From positions 1 through 64,000 of the forward strand of contig JBEWZL010000267.1 of the NCBI GenBank assembly GCA_045837725.1: 64,000 nt of DNA, written 5' to 3'. Source of the DNA: Vermamoeba vermiformis. Lineage: Eukaryota. A program made the translations under genes and the position numbers. Position 1 is the first letter of the stretch, and every line of letters begins with the position of its first letter. Under the pieces are notes generated by a model, which saw only the letters and a list, made by a program, of their open reading frames with translations, searched no databases and had not been told where the DNA came from. Below are positions 53,698 through 64,000 of this stretch, piece by piece.

Positions 53698-53917
53698 CTA
53701 AACATCTTTCTCCACAGAAATATTATCAAGGTACGTGGTTTGGTTATTAAAGTGATTTATGGTGCAGTGTTTGGGAATGAAGGAAGACTATTTTAATTTT
53801 TTGGCGGCGTTTTTCTATTGACGCACCCGGCTGCGAAGAGACTCGCATAAACTGCGACTAATATACTACACAACTGTCAATAATTTACTGCCATCTAATT
53901 CCCTCGTGTACATCAAA

Positions 53918-55459
53918 ATGTTGTGCCTCATCCACCAAAACGTGCTAATCGGCATTTTGTAAGCAAAAACCGAGGCTCAAATCTGAAATAATCAATCCTT
54001 TCAGAGACCACGCCCACACTGACCCGAGAAATGAAATTATTGGCAATCTTGGAGGCTATTATGAGCCTGAAGAAGATACAGTCTATGTCACACAATTTTC
54101 TGCGAGTGTAAGGTAAGTCAATAATTATACTATCTCGATTTTATTGTTTTTGGCGCTTAAGAACAATTAAAATTCATTATTTCAAAAAATAAGGAAATAA
54201 TAATTCTGTGCCTTTGATCTAGTTTCTGAGCGGTTTATTGAACGGTTTAGATTATCATCTGAAATGGATCCCTCGTCCGTTGAAGGGCAGCCAGCTGAAT
54301 TGCTTCGTGCACGAGAAGAATTTGCGGCGCAGGGTTTGAGCTTTGTTGGGTGGTATCACAGTCATCCTGGCGATACGCAACCACGACCTAGCGAGAAAGA
54401 CGTGCAAATGCAAACCGAAATGCAAAATCAAGTACGTAAAATGTAACACCGGATCTCAAAATCGATCGAGATCAAACTGCTCCAGACACTTGACGCTTAC
54501 CCAACATTGTTCAGATTCCACATTGCGTCGGTGTAATATGCTCTCCGCACCTACGAGAAAACGGCTGTCCAGAAGTGGCTTTCAATGTCTTTAGAACAGT
54601 CCTGCACATGGTAAGCCGCCTGAAAGATAGGCCACGACAGTTGTTAAGTTTACTTTCGAAAGGGCGAGCAGAAGGCCATGAATATTGAATATATGGTTAC
54701 TAAAAACGACTTAATGAGTCCTGAAATATTGGAGCAAATGACAAAAACGTACGGTGTAAGTAGTGCAGATCTTGCAATTGGCACGAGCGTGAGCTTTGAT
54801 TACCATTCTCACTTTACCGTCGTCCATAGGTTGTGCTTAAAGAAGCCGATGGCATATATCAATCTCACATTGATAGACTGCCACTGAAGACAAGTGATCA
54901 AAAGAAAGTTGAGCGGATCTTCAAGCTGGCGCGGATCAAAGAGAACTACAAGCTGTTCTTGAACGAGTACATAAGGAAGTGCTCATTATCGGTAAGCACT
55001 AACCATAAGTGGACTCATAATCAGCAATATTGAATTTAAACAGATGAACTTGCTACTGAAAAAGAAGATTATCGAATTGCGAGCTGAGAAAACGCGACTC
55101 GAGAAAGCAACCATGGCAAGATGTGAAAAGAATGATATCGCACTCGAAGAGCAAGTAAGTACTATACCGGCTTATGTAATATTATGATCGCTGGGTACCG
55201 CCAGCTGACCGATCATCTGATTCAATCTCTGACTGTTATTATGTGCAGCAAATGCTATTACTTACGCTCGATGAGAACGACAATATGTTGTGCCCAACTA
55301 TAAAGCCAATAGTGCACGTTATGGCGGAGGCGGTAAGTCAAACGTGTGACCCAGATCTGCTTTGGCTACAATGCGTCGTACTGATTTAATTAATAGCCAA
55401 CAGTGCCCGAGCTCGATCACAACGATTACAATACGAACGAATCTATACGAATAGATTAG
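53918..55459 (+). CDS. MPN/JAMM metalloprotease-domain protein (MPND/MYSM1-like)
   Basis: HAH..NEIIGNLGG, EMDPSS and FVGWYHSHP..PSEKD JAMM motif; multi-exon. Confidence 0.85.
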
Positions 55460-55990
55460 ACGTGACAAATGCCTAAAGCGTGGCGATCTGGATGATCCTG
55501 GATGATCTCCGGCTGATCATCAATAATACCAGTCCTCGATTAATAGTACTTTCAGAGCTCTTGCTTAAGCAGATGCTGTACTTATGGTCCCTTCTACTTT
55601 TCAATAAACACGAATAGGTGATTCAATGGAATCCGTTGCGTCTCCGAGCTATTTGACTACGTTTTGTACAAAAATAATATTGGCTTGTCATATTTTAATC
55701 ACCTCGCTTTGGAACGCGTGCTGATGTTTGTTTTAAAGTGGGTGCGTAAATCCAAGATCGAAGGTTCGGTTCTTGCCCAAACTAAACTAGTGCCTGAATA
55801 GTATTCCAGGTAATGTAGCAACGAGATGGAAGACGATAAATAAATAAGGCCAGAACAGCCACAAATGTAGCTTCGAAATTTGACGGTCAAAAATTGAATT
55901 TTGACGACCAAAACCTGGACAATTTTGTTTTTCGTTTCTTGCATCCTCGTCATTCCGCATCGTTGCCTCCGGACAAGAAGAGATTTAAAG

Positions 55991-57652
55991 ATGGTACGAT
56001 ACCGTGGACGAATTGCATCAATCACCCAATTAAATAATCAATATATTGCACGATATTATTGCAAGAATGGATTTTTAGAGGGTCGATCAGCGATGCATTA
56101 ATCCAAAAATATCTCCAATAATTGTTAGAAAATAATCTAAAATTTATAATAATTAGGCCTCACGCCCGTTAGTCACCGTTCAATCCGTCTCCAAGGACGC
56201 CAAGAAGCAGCAAGTTACCTTGCCTTATGTGTTGACTTCCCCCATCCGTTCTGATGTGGTCAACTTTGTTCACACTCAAATCAACAAGAACAAGAGACAA
56301 GCTTACGCTGTTACCAAGACTGCTGGTATGCAATACTCTGCTGAGTCCTGGGGTACCGGTCGTGCTGTTGCCCGTGTTCCTCGTGTTTCTGGTGGTGGTA
56401 CTTCCCGCTCCGGCCAGGGTGCCTTCGCTAACGTAAGTATTACGTACTGTGATTATTGGGATTTTTGTGGCAATTATTTCAACACACTCGATAATAATTA
56501 TTTTGGATCGCCCGCATCGAGCGCAAATCTCCTATTTTTCAACATGTTTTCTTCTCTGAAACATATAACTAATGTAATTCATAAATAGATGTGCAGAGGT
56601 GGTCGTATGTTCTCCCCCACCAAGGTCTGGAGAAGATGGCACAGACAAGTCAACAAGAACCAACGCAGATACGCTGTTTGCTCTGCTTTGGCTGCCTCAG
56701 CTTTGACTCCTCTTGTTATGGCTCGTGGTCACCGCGTCGAGCAAGTCGCTGAGATCCCCTTGGTTGTCTCTCAAACCGCTTTTGACGGTATTGTCAAGAC
56801 CAAGAAGGCTGTTGAGCTCCTCAAGACTATCCACGCCTTCGAGGACGTCCAAAAGGTCAAGGACTCCCACAACATCCGCCGTGGTAAGGGCAAGATGAGA
56901 AACAGACGCTACGTCCAACGCCGTGGTCCCTTAGTTGTCTACAAGAACGAGGGTTCCATCGTCAAGGCCTTCCGTAACATTCCTGGTGTTGAATTGGCCA
57001 ACGTCTCTCGCTTGAACTTGCTCCAACTCGCTCCTGGAGGTCACTTGGGCAGATTCATCATCTGGACCCAAGACGCCTTCGAGTCCCTCGACTCCATCTT
57101 CGGCTCTCGCAAGCACGTCTCCACCCAAAAGAAGGGCTACCAACCTCCTCGCTCCATCTTGACCAACCCCGATATCTCCAGAATCGCCAACTCTGATGAA
57201 GTCCAATCTGCTCTCCGTGACAAGGTAAGTCTTAACGATCCACATCCATTTTTGACTTGCACATTTAACTCCTTACGTGTTCCCTATAGACGTAACGGGG
57301 GTCGTCTGTGCATATAATTCTTTTATCACTCGCGTTAGTGTTATAAAATCAGCAATGCTAATAATATTCTGTACAGATCGTCGAGCGTCGTCTTCCTCGC
57401 AAGAAGAACCCTCTCACCAACTTCGGTGTTATGGTTAGACTCAACCCTCAAGCCCTCGTCGCTCGCCGACGTGCTATCCTCGCTGCTCAAAAGAAGGCCG
57501 CTGCCAAGCCCGTCGCTGGTGGTGTTAACAAGAAGGCTCGCAAGTTGAGAAGACGCCAACGCTCTCGCTTCTACAACCAAGTCCTCTTGAAGGAAGAGGT
57601 TGACGAGAGAGCCAGAAAGCTCGCTGAGGCCAAGAAGAACAAGGCTGAATAA
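55991..57652 (+). CDS. RPL4: 60S ribosomal protein L4 (uL4)
   Basis: [47 protein letters not shown]; strong codon bias; exon 1 is the ATG alone. Confidence 0.98.
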
Positions 57653-58625
57653 ATCTTCTCTTGTTAGTATTAAAAAAGTAAAAAAAATCTGAAAATTCAG
57701 ATGCGGTCTATCAATATGGAGTTTATTAAATTGGAATACTACAAATGTTACAGATATGTGAGAAATAGTCGATGCAATGCATTTTCAGGAGATAGATCTA
57801 GCTTACGAAAGCTTCACCAAGGATTTAACCGATCTTACCACTCCCTACATCTAAATACCGTCCAACTTTAATCATTACCATTTAATAAGTTCCTTTTACC
57901 ACCTTTCATCACGCAAGGCACCATTATATTGCTCAACGCCTTATCGGAGCTGATCCGGTTCGAATTCTGATCGCACAAACTATAAACATTTATTATCGAC
58001 TAACTACACTATATTAGCATATTAAACTACAAGACTGGCCCGAAGATTCACTCAATGGGCCGTCATCAATCAAGCCAACTTTTCTGATCGAATTAAATTG
58101 GCGGGCAGTCGTCTTTATTTGTTAGGGCTATCAAAGATGACGACTTTGTGGTCAAAATCAGATGTAAGGTTTCTGTATTAAATTATATTAGTATTGTTCA
58201 TTGTTTATTCTTACGTTGTGAATTATTCGAGTACCTTTTAGCATTAGATGCTTTTCTTTTCTTAGCCATCAATTGTTTTGTGCAAGGAGAAAGGAGCTTG
58301 TCTGTCGGACTCGAAAGCACGGGCGAGGCACTTTTTTACATTATTAAGGTGAGTTTAATTGAATCTGCGGATCGTGGAATACGTACCTGTAGACATTAGT
58401 GTCAAGGGGTTGCAAGGGCTTAGAAGGGCTTGATTGATTCTCCATAGTGTTAGTTTAGTTGTGTTGATAACAAGACTTGTGAACGTCAAAGTCACGTTTT
58501 ATACGTAATCTCCTAAAATCACATTTGGGATCTAACCGTTGAAAAAAGCGCGCGAACAAACTTTTTGGCGCTTCTTCCTCCTTTGTCCTTATCACGATCC
58601 TAGCATTACCACAAGCTCACTCATA

Positions 58626-61328
58626 ATGAACAATAACAAGGACGATAAAATAAAGGAGGAGGAAGGTGAAGAAGAGGAAGGTAAGTTTGCTTGCCTTGGA
58701 GCGAATCTCCATTTTTGTCTTTTATTTAACGAGCAAATAAATTAATGCGAGCTAAATAGTTAAATTAAGACAGATCGCAAAGCAGATACGCTGAGGTCAT
58801 CGCAGGAAATCGCAGCGCATTTGCCCCATTGGAAAGAAGGTATTAAAATAGATTTTTGGGCACATGTCTCCATAAGAGAAGTTAACGAGACCAAATGCAA
58901 GAGGTACGCAGATTTAGAAATTAATGGATCGATTATTTATTTTATCGTAGTGTCCAGGAATTATTTGCGCGGTGGAAGATTGTTCCTAAATGGAAGAGTA
59001 TCGACGATCTGTTTTATGAGTCTTTAAGGGACTTCTTTCCTGAGCACAAAAACAAATCTGGTGTCGATCTTGAGTTGGCATTTGGCAGTTTAACAACGTA
59101 TTTGGACTCAATGCTTAAGGTAGATTAGACTATCACGTTAGTACGGATTTGGCTAAAGATTTTCTTATTAGCACGTCTTTGGCGGGGCTAAAGGAAAGGT
59201 CAACCCGATCGCATCCAAAACAAAAGAAGAAGTTTGCAATAAGCTGCAAGAATACGCCAATAAGTTGGTATGTAATAATATATTATATAATATATTTTAT
59301 CAAACTACGTATGATAACGGTCCTACTATTAGCCAGAGAAATACCGATCGTTGTTTCCAACACCATTCGGGTACCATTTGCAAAACTTGTACATGGCGCT
59401 GTCGCAATCAAACAGAGATAAGTGGAGCGAGCGAACGTGGGACAACATAGTTTATGCCAATGTCTTCCATCGTTATTTTATTGACGACTTCGATCCTGTG
59501 CAAAAAAGGTCGGTGGAACTCGATCAAAAAAGTTGCTTTGCAGCAACTAATAATATTTGTTTAGTGACCAATCAGTGAGTGACTACTTGCCAACTTCACT
59601 GCGGAACTCGGTAGCCCCAGACCTTGTATTTCTCTCGGACAGATCTCCTTTTTTGATTTCCGAGTGGGGGGAGCTGGAACACGCTAGTAACCACACAGAC
59701 TTGACGAAAATAGTCGAGACGAAACGTGGAGTGCTGCTTAAACGATCAGAGCAATACTTAAGCAGTACAAACTACGTTTATGGCGTGCTTGGTGGTGGTG
59801 AGAAATTGACGATATTCCGCATGGAGCACGATAGAGCAGCGAAGTTATACGATTGCTACTTCATCTCAGATTCTCAAGACGACTTGTGCACAACGACTTT
59901 TTCTTTCGAAAATATCGCAACGATACTACGGATCAATATCATATTGATGATCGGCGGCAAGCTGCAAAAATTGGGCGTCGGAAAGCGCGGCGCGGAAAAA
60001 AGCTCAACGCGCCTGTGACTACGGCTACGCCGGATAAAATCGACAACAGCAATGCGTTGAAGTCTACAGTGACCACTAAAAAGCGCAACATAAAGAAGTG
60101 TCGTTCAATGACCGATCTGCAAAAAACAAAGTCAAGTAACGGTGAAACTGACTCCATGTCACGTGACTTTGCCAAAAAGTTGTTATTTGGAACGACCGAT
60201 ACGAGCACTAATACGACCACTACCAACACAAATGTAATGCAAGATGAAGGAAAAAAGAAATCGAGAAGTGGCAGTAGGAAAAAGCCAACAGAAGCTGTTG
60301 AAGAGGATCCAGATCCGAGTCTGATCGGAAAAAAGCTCTACAATAACAAATACACTATTACAAAGAAGTTGACGTCGTTCGTTTACATCGTTTCGCATTG
60401 GGATAATCACTATATCGCTAAGGTAAGAATATTTATACATACTCAAAGCTGATTAAAATTAACTAATTTTGGATCCGGATCCAGTTCAATGTTACGTCGA
60501 AAGATTTGGCGAAAGAAGAGAAGATATTGGCAGAGCTTAGCAACAGGTTCCTCAAGCCGATAGAATCATTCAAAATGAATGATAAAGTACGGTGCTTAAT
60601 ACTTCCGTACGTCCGATCGGTTGAGTGGAAGGATACGAAGGATTTCACTGAACGAGCCTTTGCAATAATTTCCGCAATCAATGAGCTGCACGAGAAGAAT
60701 ATATCACATAGTGATATCAAGTACTCTAACGTCATTTGCGGACGAGAAGGAACTTACCTGATCGACTTCGATCTAGCTTTACGAATGAACGGTACGTTAT
60801 AATAATTTTTGATATTAATTCTAATAATTCTAATAGATCTATGGCAAGGAAAATTCAATGGAACATTCGGTTATAGAGCTCCTGAAGCAATGCGTTACGG
60901 AAGATTATCGTTGAAAATGGATATTTATTCTTATGGAATTCTTTTGTTCGAATTGGCAAGCTTTGAGAGTATTTACGATAATCCTCTAATATACGATGAT
61001 AATGAAGAGCAAATGGCTGCAAATGTTCGCGTCGAAATTCAAAAGTAAGATCCGATCTCGCTTACGAGAACTTAAAACTAAATTTAATGTTGAAATTAGG
61101 ATGGGCCTTGCTACATCATGGCATGCTAAATTAGTAGCATTAATTAACAAGTGCATGACTGAAGATCTGGACAAACGTCCGACAGCTAAAGCGATCATGG
61201 AAGATCCGTTTTTTAATAGCGCTCGTAATGCTCAAACAAAAGAGGCAAGCGATAAAAAACAACGTGGCGTTGTTAAGAAGCCTTTCCAAGACGTCACTAA
61301 CACTTGGCAAAACTCAAAATTTGTATAA
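58626..61328 (+). pseudogene. REase-like nuclease-kinase fusion, copy H (frameshift after nuclease domain)
   Basis: VAPDLVFLSDRSPFLISEWG..HTDLTKIVETK..VYGVLGGG; frame change ~59930-60015; kinase YIAK, HSDIKYSN, DFD, GTFGYRAPE; tail PFQDVTN. Confidence 0.75.
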
Positions 61329-61399
61329 ATTGTAAATAGATCTGTACGTAGTAAATTTCGATTATTCTTGCGTATCTTCTATTTCATTATTAATAATAT

Positions 61400-63471
61400 A
61401 TATCGCTTAAGCGTTTGCTTAAGAGCTTGTGCAATCAGCTGTACCTGAAACATTACAAAATATTTACGTTCTCTTGAGGCTAGATTCGTTAAAAATTTAT
61501 TTTAATTTCAAGTCGTTTTTCTTCTTAAAATCTCGCTGCAAGCATATTAACGTATCTTTCAAGTCATAAAATTGAATCATTGCTTTCTCTTCGTTCCAAA
61601 CAATCAAAGTCTTTTCATCGTGCGTTACATCCAGTTTGATTTCCTTGGACCAAACATTAACTCTGCATACTGACACAATACGAGCACCAGATATAGCTGA
61701 GTACATTAGTACCACTGGACTAACAGAATGTACTGCGATGAGTAAGATCGGGCTGGATCTGCTCGCACTCATCCAAACAATATTTTTGCACTTATATCCC
61801 AGGACGGCACTGTTTGCCACCGTAAATCGCGAAATAATCTTCCGTTGATAAATATCTACGACCTCTACTTCATCATCCATGGCCACCGCAAAATAGCCTA
61901 ATAAGGAAATTTCTGTTTAACAATCTTTCTAACGTTCCTTTGAATTGAAATGATTATAAATGATTTCTATACTTACATGTGTTAGGAATCCATTTATAAA
62001 TAGGCCAATGCTTCACTGCTATTAATATTTTTTTGTTGGTCAGATCGTAAAATCGATGTTGTTTTTCAACGATGCAATGTACAATATGATGTAATGTACC
62101 ATCTATATTAATTTGCTGTTCTTCAGCTATTGACCAAGAATGAGCTGATTTGACAGATTTGACACTCTGACACGTGTCATCATTTTCAATGTCAAAAGTT
62201 TTATGCTCGAAAGGCCTAATCACGTGCTAAATATTTTTTAGTTCATGAATTAGATTTGTACCGTCGTATACTTTATAAAATAAGAAACTTACGAGACTGA
62301 GTCTCATGGGCACCAAAATCAACTTTGGATTGATTTGCGAGCAAATTGCACCGTGATAATGATCGTTATCCGGCTCACAATACAAATTGAATAGGTACGC
62401 ACAACTATATATTTGAAAGATTAGAGACCGGATCCAGATCCAATCGCCAATGTTGTACTGACTCGTTGCAAAGTTCTTTCTTTTTCGTTGCTCTCTTCCA
62501 TAACGTATCGCTAGTATGTTTGCACATTACATTTAAATTCCAAATTGAAATTTCCGATTGGAAAGGGTGGTTCTGTAGGATAATTTCCTTATTTAGAACG
62601 TTGCTTCGTTGATCCGAATCTAAACTTACCAATACCATAAAATTCTTATTAAATGTCTTCAACGTACCCTTAGTAGTTGTATATAATTTTTTGCTATTGA
62701 TTGCGGGATTATCGCTCAAAAGATCAAAGATCTGATAACCACCAAGCTGATCCGGTTCAATTTTAGCAGCATATGACCCTTAATATTCAATATCAGTTAT
62801 TCATAATAGTATCTATGATATTTACCTATTATTAGGTGCTCTTTGTACTGTTTGGCCGCATCGTACTGTTTTGTTTTCAGAACGGATCTGCATCCGAATT
62901 AGTTCCATCTTGATAAGACAGCAGAACTTACGAAATATTCATTATAGTATCTCCATTAATTACGATGCACTTCTTATCTACTTTTAAGTCCTTTAGGGGC
63001 CTTCCTGTTAGCACAAAAAGAGGCTGGCCTAATCCACGACTGAGACAGTTGTAATAAGGATTGGTTAATATTCATGCGTGCATAATGTAAATAGAATTAC
63101 TTACGAATGTTTGGTAAGCGTGATTAGGCGATTCATCTGTTTTGATCAGAGTTAAAAATTATCTCAAACGAATCTGCATTTAAATTTCAGTTTACCTCTT
63201 CGCTCCAATTTATATAATCATCAATATATTGAGATAAGGTAAGTATCTTCTGAAATCGGTGGTTGAATATTATTCTCAGCGCTGTTGGATTTTCTAACGA
63301 ATTATTTAATATTTTGCTGGTCTGTTTCAATCTGACCAATTCTAATCCGTTTAAGTAACTCAAAATCTGCTCTAATAATTCCACTGGTATATGGCTTATA
63401 TAATCTATAGGATAAATTACTAACGGACTCGTCGATCGCAACGGATTTCTAAAGAGGTACGTACCATGCAT
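61400..63471 (-). CDS. F-box protein with a probable beta-rich C-terminal region (ends uncertain)
   Basis: ISHIPVELLEQILSYLNGLELVRLKQTSK F-box; downstream minus-strand exons 62405-62719, 61954-62223 and 61497-61886. Confidence 0.6.
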
Positions 63472-63789
63472 TTGACGGCACTGAAATGATATAAAGCGTT
63501 TATATATTGTGAAATAACCACAAATAACGTCTCTTCGGTTTTGTTGGCTGAGGCTGCCACAATAGCGAGAAAAAAACCGGAGAAGTTACTTGATCCCACA
63601 AAAGAATCACAAGACTATTAATTGTGGTCATTATTAATTAAAAAAAAGTGGCTAATTTGAAGTACGTGAACTGATGAGACCATCTTTTTGACATGGTGAA
63701 CCAGATCTCTTTGGCGAAACGAGAGCTTGTATCATCGTTGATTAACTTAGTTTAATTACAATCTATATTTACAAAGTAGTTCTCTTTCG

Positions 63790-64000
63790 TTAACGCTTCT
63801 CTTCCATGTATCGATCCAATATGTCGCATATTTGTTCCATTGTGGGTCGTTCTTCTGGATCCATTTGCCAGCATTGTTTCATGATCTCTTTCAACACCGG
63901 ATCGCAGTCTGATGGAATTGTCGGAGTTACTCCGTGATCACGAATCTCGAGACCAATTGCCATTTGATCTGCTTCTGAGTGAGGCTCTTTACGAGCAACA
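63790..64000 (-). CDS. C-terminus of a tyrosine-kinase-like (TKL) protein kinase (partial)
   Basis: VARKEPHSEADQMAIGLEIRDHGVTPTIPSDCDPVLKEIMKQCWQMDPEERPTMEQICDIL. Confidence 0.85.
   Translation of the reverse strand, partial: VARKEPHSEADQMAIGLEIRDHGVTPTIPSDCDPVLKEIMKQCWQMDPEERPTMEQICDILDRYMEEKR

Noticed and set aside
56697-57580. Antisense ORFs over RPL4 (and similar ones over the histidine kinase)
   Set aside because: Shadow ORFs caused by codon bias of the sense gene.

Overview
Eukaryotic, intron-rich genomic DNA with short GT-AG introns. The TKL kinase style and hybrid histidine kinase suggest an amoebozoan-type protist, but that is inference. Three zones. (1) 1-11.7 kb is an accessory island: two orphan multi-exon genes, a divergent histone H3 variant head-to-head with a Bro-N-like/acidic-tail gene, a virus-style ankyrin gene, three GC-rich palindromic or tandem arrays beside a CpG-depleted tract, a hairpin, and a 1.65-kb TIR-bounded non-autonomous DNA transposon. 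(2) A housekeeping backbone: dual hybrid histidine kinase, S10 carboxypeptidase, F-box/SPRY protein, PhyH dioxygenase, GSK3, Alix/Bro1, JAMM protein, RPL4, F-box protein and a TKL kinase end. (3) Interdigitated among these, from 20 to 61 kb, are eight mostly highly diverged genes sharing one architecture: variable N-terminal header, PD-(D/E)xK-like nuclease domain (PD..E..HKDxxKL..M..FGxL), low-complexity linker, atypical kinase, and often a C-terminal D-box-like LxD[IV]TN tail. This Crinkler/Spok-like family shows active birth and death (a 3.5-kb duplication dragging the last GSK3 exon, a reused bidirectional promoter, lesions in linkers) and is the most notable system here. All gene models were spliced by eye, so boundaries are approximate.
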